From Lingula anatina (taxonomy: Eukaryota; Animalia; Brachiopoda): a stretch of 64,000 nucleotides of DNA. The position numbers and the translations under genes are program-made. Position 1 is the stretch's first letter, and each line of letters opens with the position of its first letter. The notes beneath the pieces were generated by a model. It saw nothing but the letters and a program-made list of their open reading frames with translations. It did not search any database and was not told the origin of the DNA. This document shows positions 37,919 through 51,744 of this stretch, piece after piece. The stretch lies in the NCBI GenBank assembly GCA_051362555.1, contig CM120648.1, positions 17,480,587 to 17,544,586 of the forward strand. The letters run 5' to 3'.

Positions 37919-39980
37919 TATTATCATATCCATAATTTGTTGACTGTTGGAAACAGCATTATTTTTTGAGGAGCATATTTTATGAAGGACAGCTGAAGTA
38001 AGCCACGGACTCAAGTTTTGAGTATATTTGTGTGGTGAAAGTAAACTGTACATATTATTTCATGTCTGCGTTGCTGACAGGTGTATACGTATGGTGATTG
38101 TGGTATCCGTGGTGTAGTTGTGTAAATAAAACATGATTGCGGTAGTTGTGATTTGTTGTTGCATTCGGATTTGATAAAGAAGTGAAAAAAATTCAGAACG
38201 CGCAATTAACCGTTAGGCAGACAGCTTACACAAAGCTGACTTAATTTTGACAGGATGGGGGCTAAACGTATTTGGAAGTGTTAAAAAAGTTGCTAATAGG
38301 TGATTTACATTGTTTTAATCACTGGGCGATTGATACTTATAATTATGAAAGAACTTCTTAAAGTGCTGACATGAGCCAACGCAATGAAAATTTCATATCT
38401 TTTAAAGTTAAGATCCCCATCTTCATTTATCTTCATACCAAAAGCATCCCCTAAGCCAATTTTACTGCTGATTCGACTGCAGGCATTTGGCTGTCATATG
38501 GTGCTGTAAGTTAATCACGTTAACGCGTGATCAGAAAAATGTTCAAAAATACGATTTTCTGGCATTTCAAAGCACTCAAGCAACATATTTTAATGACAGT
38601 GAGCAATGGTTTCGTATAATCGTATAACCGATCACAGGTTATTTTCTTAGCTAAGGTGTTTTCATAAAAAAAAACTTGGTAGATTGGTAAATCATGGTAA
38701 ATCATATTTAATATACTGAAAAATGGTTCAAATTACCAAAAGGTGACACAGACAAACCATATCATTTGAAAATTAGAAAAATATTTCTTGCTATAGCATA
38801 CATAACAATATTACCAAATGTGTCATAAAATGCTGCTATAAGCAGTGGTATGGCATGACAGCAATGGACAAATTTAAGTGTTTCCCTTAACACACACAAT
38901 GCAAAACCTAAAACTGGTGCATTTCCATTATCTAATTTGTAACTGGAGTGTCAGTTTGTGAATGAACAAGTATATATCTTTATGTAATGAACAAACAGAT
39001 GTACTAGTTTAATAACTGATAAAATTTGATATTTAACTTCTTAGTATGATTAAAGATTTACCATAGACGCAAACCGTGAAGCATTTGGCTACAATAATAA
39101 ATTACTCCATTAAATATGAAACAGTTCAAATTCACATGATAAAAATTCTAAAAATTACAAAAATGACATCAAAGGCGGTAAAAGAGAAGTACTGGTTCCA
39201 CACATATTTAACATTACAAAATGCCAACTGGCAATATTAAGACAAAAGTTGTTCACTATGAATATATATAATTTCACCCATATCATATTTTTTCACAACT
39301 TTACTACAACATCACACTAAGAGTGTCAACAATATCTAAGTGGCAAAATGTTTTGTACATCATAATTAATAACAAATATATATAACATATTAAAACAGAG
39401 AGCATCACAAACCATTCATTTTAAAAACCTGTATATCATCTAAGGATTTAAGATGAAGTAAAAAAAAAATACAACAAAGGAGACATAGTTACATAGGTGA
39501 ATAATATCGTTCGTGTAATAACCTTGCGTTGAATTGAACAACGGACCCCGATTGTAGGTGAAAATGTATCTAGAATGTCAATGATTGGAGACCTTCAGTA
39601 AAAAGTAAACCGATCTATATAGAAAGGTTTCTTCACATACAGATCTTTTATTCAGACAATCATTGATATTCTAGATATATTTTTCACCTTCTTTGGAACA
39701 AAAAAAAAAAAAAAAAACAAAATGGAAGTGCAATTATGTTCACGGTTACATTTTCACTGAACAAAAAACACATTATCTGGTGTGGTTTTATTTGTTTTGT
39801 ACTTTCGTTGACAAAAAAAAAAAAACTTTTTTTCTTTATCAATTCTCTTATTTTTTGTTTAATTGTATTATTTGTATTATAATGTTTTTGTTAAAAAAGC
39901 TTGCTCTTTCCCACTTACACGTTTGTTATAATCATTATGCATATAGACATGTTCACTTGTCCAGGACACCGCCTGAGAAA

Positions 39981-42900
39981 TTAACTTAATTTCGACTCAG
40001 TCGTGCCCGTGATGACTTCTTTGCAAAAGGGGCAATTATTCGACGCAGCACCGCACTGGACACAGGCGACAAAATGGTAGCAAGGCAGAAATACCACGCC
40101 AGCTTCTCTAACAAAACATATCTTGCAGATGTGTGGTGCTCTCAGGCCACTTTTTTTTCGTTGTGGGCGCTTGCATTCTGGAAACAAAGAGATTAACATA
40201 TGAAGCAGTTTATTAGTTTATGTGTAGTTCAGAACTACCGGCATCTTGTTTATGTGGATTATCAGTACGCAGGTCTTTTGGGTCCCATTGGACGACACCT
40301 TTTTTCTTTACACTGAGATCAAATAAAATGCTTTCATGACGAGTTTTTCTGTAACCCCCAGGTAGGTATGTCAAATGTTAAGAATAGAAGAAAATAAAAG
40401 AAAAACGCCTTGGGGTTCAATAGACTTCGTTTGTTGCAACTTTGATAATCGGCACGGAGTCACTGGACAGCATTAACAATTTTCATATGTGAGTAGTTTT
40501 GAATTTGGAAATGATTCTGCGACATTCGCATTTTGATTCCTGATCTATACATTTTAGTTACCCTTCGGTTAGTTACGCGTGCACTTAATTGCCATGACAT
40601 TTACATACATTTATGTATGCGTAAACGAGAGAAAAAACGAAATGATGTAGGTGTTCATGGAATGAAGAGGTGGGGAAATCACTGAAACAAATGAGATAAC
40701 TAGGCACTATAGACAGAAATCGAATGTTTCCCACAAGGGGCGAATGGTGTATTAAAGCAGAGTGTTTGAACAAAATTGAATTCAACTTGAAGTGAAGCTA
40801 GAACTTACAAAAGATTCCTATAGACACCTGGTTCTTAGTAATCAATGAAGTGTATATGTACAATTAAACAATTAAAAATAATGAACACATTTAGTTGCAT
40901 TGGTATTCAGAAAGTTTTCATTTATGATAGATCCTAAAATTTTGATTTACCTGTTGACTGTTTCGTCTGTTCACTCTGTTGGATGAAAATTAAATCGCAG
41001 CGGACGTAAGTTGTAAGTAATTTATGAGTAGGTGTGTCGCAAGTGGTCTGTACGCCTTTTTGAAGAAGCAAGGAGCACGTACGATCTGTACTTGTGTCGC
41101 ACACAGTGAGTGAGATAATCTTACGTGTATTGCAAGTGAAGCGTACCTTTTCAGAAATCGTACTTACGAAGTAGGAGAAACGGAAGAGAAACGTAATGAG
41201 CACGGAAGTGTTAAGCACGACACTGGTGCGTCAAATTGGTAGAACGCACGGATAATCAAAATAATATTAAATATAATAGAACAGAATAGCTTTTTTCCTT
41301 CGATCGCCCCCAGCCGCCATGCTTTCTTCACCACGAGTTTAACTGATGAGCATGCGCACGTAATATTTCTCAGGTAACTCCGCATGGCGAACGGAGCCGA
41401 CATTTAATTACTGTACCCCGCAGGGACGACGTGTGGGGGGGCGGAGAGACTATTAAAAGATTAGGCGGTTTTTCTTTCATGTACGTCCGCCATTTTTAGG
41501 TCACCGGCTTTGTAAAGCCTGGCTTAATTCGTTGAGAATGCGCTCCTAGACCCCAATACCGACAATGCCCAAATTTTACGTGGAACGAGATGAGATTATA
41601 GGTGACCTAAATCCAAGAGATGGGTACGGAGGCCCTTACCGTCTAGTAGGAGAAGCGTTAACGGTAACGTGGCGGCGGAGCCGGCGGGAGCCGGCGGAAC
41701 GATCCGGACGGGACTAAAACCATGTGTACCGCCAGCGCTAACGCTATTGGTACAATAAATGAGTTCTGCCCGTTTCAAGAAAACTCATTTTACACAGCTT
41801 AACACTGATGCACTGTATAACGCTTGCTGTCACACACTTGAGTGGTTGTCATTGTAAGTCACGCGTATAGTTTAAAGAAAAGAAACGTTTTGCACAGCTA
41901 AGCATCGCTGCAATGTGTATGACTAGCTTACACATATAAATGAGTGGTAGTCAAATAAGTCACGCGTATAGGGGGGCTAGTCCAAGCGATCACAAGACAA
42001 TGGAATATCTGCAAAAAAAACTTCAATGAAAAAGAAATGAAATGTAATGATCAGTGTGTATAAAAGGGTTTACTGCGGAATGACACACAATGAGTTTCCA
42101 ATAAGCTATATACTTTACTTATAAGTTAATTATAAGTGAAAAATAAGAGTAAGAAATTCAATTATAAATGAAAAATAAGAGTACGAAATTCAAACCTATT
42201 GGAAGACTCGAACCGATGCCTGGTATTCTGCCACATTTATTCCACAGTAGGCTCTTCGCGTGTGCCGCTCTCCACTACACCACCAGGTCGTTGTGCAAAC
42301 CACCGCCGTATTGTTATATTATATTTACTTGCATCAAAGGTTTGCTTTATTATAATACCATTATGCCCAGACTGTGACTATAAAGCGCTTTTACTAAATG
42401 TCTACTGTTCTACCGTAGGACCCTCGTTTCAGACCTTGTGCGCTATACAGTTTATCTGTATGACGGGCAGACTCGGTGTTTTGTGATAGTCATGAAACGT
42501 AGGGTCCGGTTAAATGCAGGGTCCGGGAGACCCTGTATATTATACCTAATTACCATGATACAGAGTCCGAGACCCGTTATTTTATGAAGTAACGGGTCCC
42601 GGACTTTCTGTCATGGGGGACCTTCTGGTACATGACGCCGGCCAGTTTTCGGGCTGCGTGCTTTGCGTCGTGTTTGCGACCACCAAAAAAGGTACGTTCC
42701 TGCGTGTATCTTACAACTTGGCCATTTTTTGCACGCAAACCGCTCGTAGAAGCACGAACGACCGGTTGTAAGAGTAGCTTTACTGTTGGGAACGGAAGAA
42801 TATGCAATAGGGGTGCCATAGTTTGGATATACCATGCGGGGCTTCCAGTTTGGCTAGTTTCATGGGCACAATTTGTTATATTGTAACAATCAGTTGTTTG

Positions 42901-45900
42901 AAGAAGACTCAACGAGGTGCTCAGATGACAAATTATAGGAAGCCATCGTGCTTGGGTGCCAAAGAGACAGATTTGCAAGTAACAAGTCAAGTGTCTAAGC
43001 TGGTAGCAAAATAACGCCAAACTCATCAGGAATGGACAAGCCTCTTTCTGGTAGGCCAATATTAACCGACGCAAGAGACCAAAGATGTTTGGTTCGACTA
43101 TGTCACTAGGACAAGATCATGTCGGCAAAACAACTGAGAAACATCTGATCTGGATTAGGAAGACCTCGAGTCAGTAGGTAAAAATCCAACAGGCATCTTT
43201 TAGAAGCTGAACACACTTCCATGTAAAAGACCTCGTAAAAAAGTCACCACCGACGAAAAGACACAAGCAGATAAGATTGGAATATCATGAATGGGCGAAG
43301 GGTCCTCCGGACAGACAAGAGCAGATTCATTTTGATGTATGCAGATGGTCAGCTAGGCATCTGGGGAGGTCCAAGCCAAGCGTTTCAGGATGATTGAAGT
43401 TATCATACGGGTTCAGGGTGGCAGGGTATCCGTCATAATCTGGCGAGGCTTCTCAAATGATGAAAAATTGCCACTGTATGTCATGGGATACAGAAACAGA
43501 GACGGAATACCATTGGGGCGCAAACAAACACGATTCAAGCAAAACCAGGAAGAAAAATGATTTTGGTGTAGGATAATTAGCCTAATTAATTATTTAACTG
43601 CCAGAACTGGACCAAGGAACAGATGGTTATTTTTTCATGGTGATCCAGATCAATAATTAATGGATATATTTATATACTCCTTAATTTTCATTCTTTTAGT
43701 GAAACGGCATTGGGTGAAGACTTTGCTGCCTTGGCGGTGGTCTGTGCTGTCTGAACGCTTTTCTAGTTGGGGAATGGAACCGGCCTGCAATGCAAGACTG
43801 AATAAATTTGAATCATGTATTATCCACATTCTTCTTTCATCAAAACAAATTATAAGATGATTCAACTTTAATTTTTCATGAAAAGCTGTTTTAAGCAGCA
43901 CGAACTTTTTGGTGTGTGAGCATACTTTTTAGACACATGGTTTTGCATATTTTTGTACCGTTTGGTTAATTGTTTTTTATTATTATTACAATTACCTGTT
44001 TGGTGTATTTCATTAAAAGAAATAGCAAACTTGGATGAGTTATTTATAAAATATGAAAGAAATATGCATAATCCCACTTACAAATGAAATGATGATCACA
44101 ATAGAAGAAACTTTTGAAAAAAATTGGGGTGTTGCTCAACTTATGAGCATCAGTGTATGTGCACGACAAAAGGTTTTATCGAAGGTTTAACGCTTTTCTG
44201 GACATGAAGTTTTTACCCAGCCGTAGATTTGTCCTCAATTAGCCACCAGTACTGTGTCTTGTCAGACAGCGTGTGGGATTTAAAGAAAGAAGGAAGGCAC
44301 TCGAGATGTCCATAAAAGTACCAAGAAGTGGCCGCCCGAGAAGACTAGTGACAGAGACTACAGGCGTGTGGTAAAGGGTATATGGCTTTAAACCATGCAA
44401 ATTGACTTTGCAGTTCGCACCATCTGCAGGATAAGATAAGCAAAAGGACTGTTCAAAGAGGGTCCATGCTTCAGAAATTCACAACAGGATTCTAAGGTGG
44501 AAACCACTGTTCAGTTTGGTATATAGACAAAGAAATAAACGGTGGGTGCAAGAATAATTGCATGGATCGTAATTTAGAAATGGCGCCATTTGGTACACAT
44601 TGAGATTCTGAGTCCATACCTTTTTATCAGTAGATAATATCTGTTGGGGTAGATATCTTCAATTTATTTCCCAATATTACTCTACACCCAGAAGACCATG
44701 CCTGCACAAGAGTGGCCTTACCGGCATGAAATCATCAGGGGGATTGTCCTGCCCAATTACTAAACACAAACTCCTTTGGAAACCTGATCAATGAGATTGT
44801 ATATAAAGTGGCGAAAGAAAGCCCTTTACCAGAAATGATCCTATCCAAAGTATCTTTATTGCAGCCACAACTCGCAAAAGATAACTGAACCTTCAACATC
44901 CGATGCCCAGAAGGGGGTGGTCATATTAAGATCACATGGCTACTCTACAAAATATTAATTCTAACACAATAACGTTACAATGCAATGATCTGGGAACCTG
45001 TAATGACTTGACATAACCAAAGGAATCCAGCTGTTGCCTTCAAGAAAATGTCGCAATGTTTTTGTTACTGTTCTGTACAATTCAGCTTAAACGTGCAAAA
45101 TGTTATTTTTTATAATTATAAAAAATACTTATCACTATCGTATTACTTATCACTTACCTGTAATTCAATATTAAGGCGAATATTACACTAGTTCTACGCT
45201 TCATATATATCTAACCACACAATTACGCGACGAAGTGTAACCAACTCAAACACGTACCCGTATTCTGAGAGGCGTTCTGTATTCCTGCATCCTCGGCCAA
45301 AGATATGTTCAGTGACTGCGAACCAGGGTCACCTTGAGGAATTGCTGCCATCGCTGCTTCGTTTGCACCTTGCAACAACCTCCAATATGAACTTGCTGTT
45401 CTGTCTACGATGGGAGTATGTCCACTGTTGCTTAACATTCCGGCTACCGAAAAGCAACGTCCTGCACGACGACTGTAACTCATATTTAAGGTCGACTGGT
45501 TTTCAGTGTTGCCCAGCCGCGTATTGCTCTCCTGCACTTCTACATAGTAACTGTCTTGCGCACCTGCATATAAATAGAATTGTAATCACGTGATCAAACA
45601 ATACCATGTTAATATCTACAGGGTTGCTACTTAATATGGAATATTTTTAATCATTGTTATTTTTGAGTGCTGATTAAAATGTTTTTGGCTTGAGTTATTA
45701 AAAAAGTATGTCACTGAGTGATAATAACATCCAGTCTTCTGTTGTGAGATATTTTGGTCAATAATATCAAATCTGACATAAGATGCCATTCAAAAGAAAG
45801 GAACACCCCCAGAAAACCACATCAACAGTTTGATGTCAGTATAAACTTTAAGATAAGATGTTAAAGAAAATGATAGCCTCAGGACAGTGATATGTTACAC

Positions 45901-47374
45901 AGTCAAAGAACTCACTACAGTAAATCATGAAAAGTCAGTAATTGCGGGTATGACCTCCAGCAGCCGCTTGCAGCGCCCTCATCCTACATGGCATACCCTG
46001 TGACACGTTTTTTAGAGTTTGGGTGGGGATATTATTCCACGCAGTGATATTTGCCTGTCGCAGTTCATCACTATTTACCGGCCGAGGACCATAGCTATTA
46101 ATTCTGTGGGTTACTTCCGCCCACAGATTTTCAATTGGGTTCATATCGGAGAGTTTGCCGGCCAGGGCAGTTGCTGAACCCATTGGTTTTGAAGAAAAAC
46201 AGTGATTCCGCGGCCTCGATGTGGGGTTGCGCAGTCGTCTTGGTACACAAAGTTGTTCCTGAAGATGACTCTTACCAATCGAAGCATTGTTTGCTGTAGA
46301 ATGTCTCTGTAGGAATCCTGGATGAGGTTGCCTCCTAGAAAAACCAACTGGTTCTTGGCACCGACATGAAATGCTCCCCAAACAGAGACGTTACCATCCC
46401 CTGCTTGCACCCTAGGCAATACACAATCAGCGTTTTATGCCTCTCGTGCACGTCGGTGGACACGGATTCGACGATCAACCCTAAAAAATCCATATTTGGC
46501 CTCATCACTGAAAACGACGTGATTCCAGTGTTTTGGCTGCAAACGCACGTGGTCCCCAGCCTATTGCAGACGTCGCTGTATATGACCTGCTGTTAACAGT
46601 GGTTTCCCTACTGGCCTTAGTGCAAAATAACCGACTTGCAGTAATCTCTTGTTCACGAGGGACCTTGAAACGGGCGTTTGAATGACATTTTGCCTCTCTT
46701 TTCTGAGAACAATGGTTGTCTTTGTACGACCAGCACGGCGTCTTCTAAGGAGAAGGCGATCCTGTCTTCTTGGTGTGATACGCGGACACCCTGGTCGAGG
46801 TATTGGAGTAGGTGCCCCTGTTGCAGCATTTCTTTGGAGGACTTCACAAACGGTTCCTGATAAATGTTGAATTACCTGGTAATGGCTGTCCGTTTCTGGC
46901 CATTTTCTCTGAGAGCAAGAATCCCATAGTAAGTTGCGTTGCTTAGCTGTCGAACCATATCTTCACTAAGGTACCTGTCAAGTTTCAGAGCGATCCCTTT
47001 GTTGCTTCTCTAAACACACTCCAAAGGTTGACCAAACCCATGCGTTTTTATACAAGGGCAGAAATTGCCGAAAAGACCACCCCTCACATTTCTGACCACA
47101 GAACATGCAAATGCATGCATCAATTGTTTCGAGAGTTGTGTGGTAATTAGGTAACACACCTGGCTACACATGGAGTGACACCTCAGCTTTGGATTTAAAG
47201 TAGTTAGAGAGAAATTAAATATTTTGTAGAAAATTTACTCGCCAAAAAATAATATTCCATATTAAGTGGTAACCCTGTAAGCGGTTTAAGCAACTGTGCT
47301 ATTGACAATAATTTGACGTCAGGCACCATTATATTAAAAAATAATAATAATAATAAAACATACAAAAAAACATA

Positions 47375-47420
<46 letters not shown>

Positions 47421-50400
47421 ATTGTAGTTAAGATGTAAATAATGAAATAAAACATTTTACATATTGATTGTCTGAAACAAAATGGTTACTAACCTTGTGA
47501 GCCTTGTTTTTGGGCCTGAGAGGGCTAATTTTAATAAAACGACAATTAAAAGTATGAGAAAGGATAAAAAACTAGAAAAAGCACTCCGAGAGCGCAGGCC
47601 TCCGCCAAGACAGCGATTTCTGATTATTATTGATTATTGGTTGATTTTTGATCCGGATCACCACCAAAAACTAATCACTTCTAAGTAAACCTATTTTCAA
47701 CCTATCCTGAAAATTTCATCCATATCGGTCGCTACATCTGTGAGTTATGTTGATGACAAACAAACATACAGGCAGACAAACAGGGGTGAAAACAACCGCC
47801 TTGGCGGAGGTAAAAAGGATAAGCACTGGAAGACAAGCTATTACCGAGGGTTGTGTGCAGCAGTTGCTAACAGCAAGGAAGTTGCTCATTTTTGTGAAAT
47901 CTTATATTTTATCGAAAAAGATTAAACGCACGAATGAAATGTATTTATCTTTGGTGTTAATTAACAAAAATCAATCATCATCAGTCGTATCAAACTCAAT
48001 TCAGTGTTGATAAGATAACGATTATGCTTCTGTTAAGTAGTCTGTACTATCTCATTCATATAAAACGATGTGTTTTAATATATGCTTACCGCATTATTTG
48101 ATGAATCAAGACCTTTGACCATTTGAATAAACACATCCCCTTTGCACTGGCGAACAAAGTCACAATGTGGGTACCAGCGCGCATGCTCAATCCACGGATC
48201 AGGCTGAGGTCCCCAAGTGCTCAACCCACCTTTACAGAAGAAGCATTTCACGTTGTCACCAAGGCCTGTTATTAACAAATATATATTAAAAAGAGAATGT
48301 CGTAACTTAGCATTCAGTTACTCCTCTGTAAATAAACGAAATACTGATCCCCGCTTTCAATAGAACAAAATGCTCCCCAGTTTTCTCTACGTAAATTTTT
48401 AGCAGTTAGCCTCCGTGTGAGTTGCCTTAAATCAATCTTAATTAGGAAAACTAAAACAAACCTCCATGGAGCACAATGTAATTGCTTTGACGAAAATTGA
48501 GCGTCCTGACCACCTTTTTGTTTATAGAAGGGGCATAGATAGTGCGCCTTCCAGTGTAAAAGAGGCTTAAACATTACAGTATAGGTGGTTAGCATGAGTT
48601 TGTATTTGCAAAGCAAATACTTCAGTTATTTATTATTTCTTTAACATATCAAATGATACATAATTTGACCAATGTCATATAAATCAATAGTTACCGGTAT
48701 AAAAGAAACCGGCATCGGCGAGATGTTCAGGGTGCGGGAAACTAGATAGTGGCCAGTTAGCAAAGGACAGAAGTCTGGCATCTCTAGTGAAGAAACTGTC
48801 TTGTCTTGGCACTCCTTGAATATCTCCGAATGTGGAATCTATGTAAACATAAAGGCACGTGATTATATATCAAGTTGATAAAAAAATCATTTCAGTTTGA
48901 CATAGTATTCGCTTCTTGAAAGTAAATACCCTTATATGTAGTTATAGATGTTCTTGATATCCAGCACGTGTGGTAATGGATATAGACCTTCGCCATGTAT
49001 TTATATATGCTTACCCAACCATTATTATGAAAAAATATACATCCTTTTTGTAGTCAAATATGACAGTTTCCCTTACGAATATATATAGTCACATTTCTAT
49101 CGTGACGTACATGCACTGTATTGATATATGCGTGATAGAAAAATATCGTGTTCAATTATATTATTCTTTTTTATTGGAAGTATTCAGCAGGAGAACAAGT
49201 TTGAAGACAGGTTATTTTTTACAAAAATAAGGCTAAATAAACTTATTCCTGATACTAATATAGCGAGAGCACCCAAGGACGAAGTGGAACTCGTCTTCAA
49301 TCCCATGACAATATGAGCACCTTCTTTGTTTTAATGAGATTTTTCTATATCTACCTGTTTCTGTTGCTAATTTGTGCGAAGAAAGTGTTAATTTTACTAA
49401 TTATTTTTATATTGAGCTGGAATTGGCTTCTTAAGGTAAGATTGCATAGTAACACTTTCATTGAGGTGTCTATATAGTCAGCATTTCCGAGACCCGTTTA
49501 TGTCTGATAATAAGCTTGCTGTTGATATTCATTGATTTTTGTTCAACCTGAAAGATGATTAACATTTCATTGTAGTTACTTGGATACAGCCAAAATTCAT
49601 GGAAGCCTATTTCTATAAGGATGGCATGCACTTTAGAAAGCAAGTTGCTGCATGGTATTGTATTCAGATTTTCATTCATAAGGTTAAGCATTATTGTAAG
49701 ATGCAGTCATTTGTTCTCAATTTCAACCAATATTTTATTATTCCTGTTTTCCTAGTACACGACAAGGAAAACCTTACCAATTCAGCATAGATCGTCGCAT
49801 CTGAAATTGAACACTTAACCTCTATAATAAATTCCCCCAAGTCCAAATGGACTTTTTCGAGGTCTGGTGCACGATGGTGCCACAGGGGGCCACATCCAAA
49901 GTTAGCAAATGTAGAAATATAAGTATCAAATAATGAAAGAGCACTGCTATGATTTCATGGACAATTTCAAGTTTTTGGCCCTTAAAGTCATATAAGTCTT
50001 ATAGTCTTATATTCTGGCCCCCGTTTCACAAAGAATCTTAAATCCGTAGTTGACTAGCTCTGCGGCCTTCTTTTTATGTAGCTCCGTCATATTTAGGTGT
50101 CGGCCTTGCTAGACCTCGGATTTTCTAGATGTGAATGCTCTCTTAAATAAACTATTATAAGGAATACCTCACCATCACCCTGATGTATACGAAGAGTACA
50201 TTTTGTATACTTACCTGTACCCTCTCTTCCTGTTGTGTTTCCTTGTACATCGTGCCTCTGTGTTTCTGGAACAGCATGAGGAAATGTTGCTGCGCTTGAC
50301 ACTTCCATAGGAATGTTCCCAACGTCCAGTCCTCGGACAAATGGGCAGGTCGCATTATGTCTGAAGTGTTCCTCTGTTGGCTGTTCCCCTACAATAAACG

Positions 50401-51137
50401 CTTATATATTATATATAACGATCTATGTCATTATTCTGAGGTGGTTAGTTGTTGTTACCGTCTAGTTCTTATAATAATATTCTTGTAAGCTTTGCGAAAT
50501 CGGCATTCTAGCGACACATGGAATGATTAAAGCTTATCTGTCAGGACAATGTTGCAACTTTTGGGCTGTTCACATTCTAATTATCAAATAAAGTTTTGTT
50601 ATATTTTATTTTTGTATACATTACACAGGGAAAGAATAAGGTTTGTTGCGAGGATAAAAACATCCTTACCTCTTTTCCAATCTCTTAAATCCAAACCACA
50701 GAAGACACACTGTACCCGGTCTCCCGTGCCCACGTAGTAGAAACCAGCTCTTGCCAAGTCTCTGGGTGGAACACTTGCTCCACTGGACCAGTTGTTATTA
50801 CTGAAAGTCTGCAGACGTTCATATTCGTTCCTCAACCGAGAAATCATTGATGCATATGGCCCAGATATACTTGACGGAACTGTGAAGTTTTCATTGACGT
50901 TCACTTGAGCGGCTGTGGACTCATTGAAGAGTACGCCACTGGGCCCAGTGTTGCCCAACGTGCTATTGCCAAGCTGCAGTGTAAGTGTTGCGGAAGTGAT
51001 ACTCAATGGAGCGAGACCTATTCTAAGTGGGGCCCCATTGCTGTCGTGGTCACTTGTTGTATGACTGGCATTTGTTGTGTTTGGGAAATAATTCATTCCA
51101 ATGCCCTGGTTGCCATTGGAGACGGAACCACCAACCC
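39981..51137 (-). CDS. Inhibitor of apoptosis (BIR-BIR-RING), 5' exon not located. Exons 51137-50670, 50388-50215, 48838-48695, 48265-48090, 47515(or 47524)-47494, 45563-45258, 40177-39981
   Basis: First BIR: RLQTF..W...LARAGFYYVGTGDRVQCVFC...WKRGEQPTEEHFRHNATCPFV. Second BIR: RLLSFANWP...LADAGFFYTGLGDNVKCFFC...DPWIEHARWYPHCDFV. RING: CKICF...VFLPCYHFVACVQC...CPFC. Phases chain correctly if the 22/31-nt microexon is used. Confidence 0.88.
42900..44155 (+). mobile_element. Heavily decayed Tc1-like transposon in the IAP last intron
   Basis: Fragments SRFILMYADGQLGIW and VQGGRVSVIIWRGF. The right end gttgctcaacttatgagcatcagtg-TA is Tc1-like. The left TIR was not found. Confidence 0.65.
44200..44620 (+). 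mobile_element. Tc1 transposase N-terminal fragment
   Basis: Frameshifted PRSGRP-KTSDRDYRRVV and ISKRTVQR-VHASEIHNRILRWKPL. Confidence 0.6.
45619..47277 (-). mobile_element. Full-length, frameshifted Tc1-family (DD34E-type) transposon in an IAP intron
   Basis: TIRs cagggtt(g/a)c(t/c)acttaatatggaatatt with TA on both sides. Transposase motifs VFSDE, VSVWGAF, YQDDCATPHR, WPANSP, DMNPIENLWAE and ALQAAAGGHTRNY. Confidence 0.93.
47570..47815. mobile_element. Non-autonomous Helentron-type (HINE/DINE-like) element
   Basis: Subterminal inverted repeat cctccgccaag / cttggcggagg, a gatccggatc palindrome, an (acaa/acag)n stretch and A-rich insertion ends. Confidence 0.6.
49150..49990 (-). mobile_element. 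Decayed LINE 3' region (post-RT and zinc-knuckle part)
   Basis: Minus-strand fragments EKVHL, IYAELVRF, KVHAILIEIGFHEFW and GIEDEFHFVLGCSRYISIRNKFI. Confidence 0.75.
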
Positions 51138-51464
51138 CTGAAAATAAAATGAAGTTCCGTGTGTCAATCATGTGATCATGCAGCAAACCATTTCAAAAAA
51201 TGATTCAAATTTACCATGATATTTTTAATTACATTCTACCATAACATTCTACTTGTGTATATCCTTCTACTGTCATGCAAATTAACATTACGACACATAC
51301 ACGTGTCCACTTTTTAAAATTATGTCCAAAGTTTATAAAATACCACTATCATTCTTTCCGCAGATACCAGTCTGAGCGTGCACAATGGATAAATGTGAAG
51401 ACTCCATTTCTTCTACCCAGTTTAAAAAGTCTCTATCAAAGTTTTATTTTCGTTTATCATAAGC

Positions 51465-51675
51465 AATTTCCTCATTTGTCAGTCTTTCTGTCCATCTTAT
51501 CCTTTCTGTTTTCCTCCAAAACCATATCTCTGCATTTTGCAACCTCTTGATATCTTTTTGTTTTTGATGTCTAGGCCTCTGACCCGTACAAAAGCATGTC
51601 CCATACTAAGGTCCTAACTATCCTCTATTTTTAATTCAATAATTCCTTACTCGAGGTAAACGCAATCCGTCATCT

Positions 51676-51680
<5 letters not shown>
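51465..51680 (-). mobile_element. RTE-clade LINE fragment
   Basis: RIVRTLVWDMLLYGSEA*T...DIKRLQNAEIWFWRKTERIRWTERLTNEEI. Confidence 0.8.

Positions 51681-51744
<64 letters not shown>

Noticed and set aside
42577-43074. 165-aa minus-strand ORF
   Set aside because: It lies antisense to decayed transposon sequence, has a non-ATG start and shows no protein motif.
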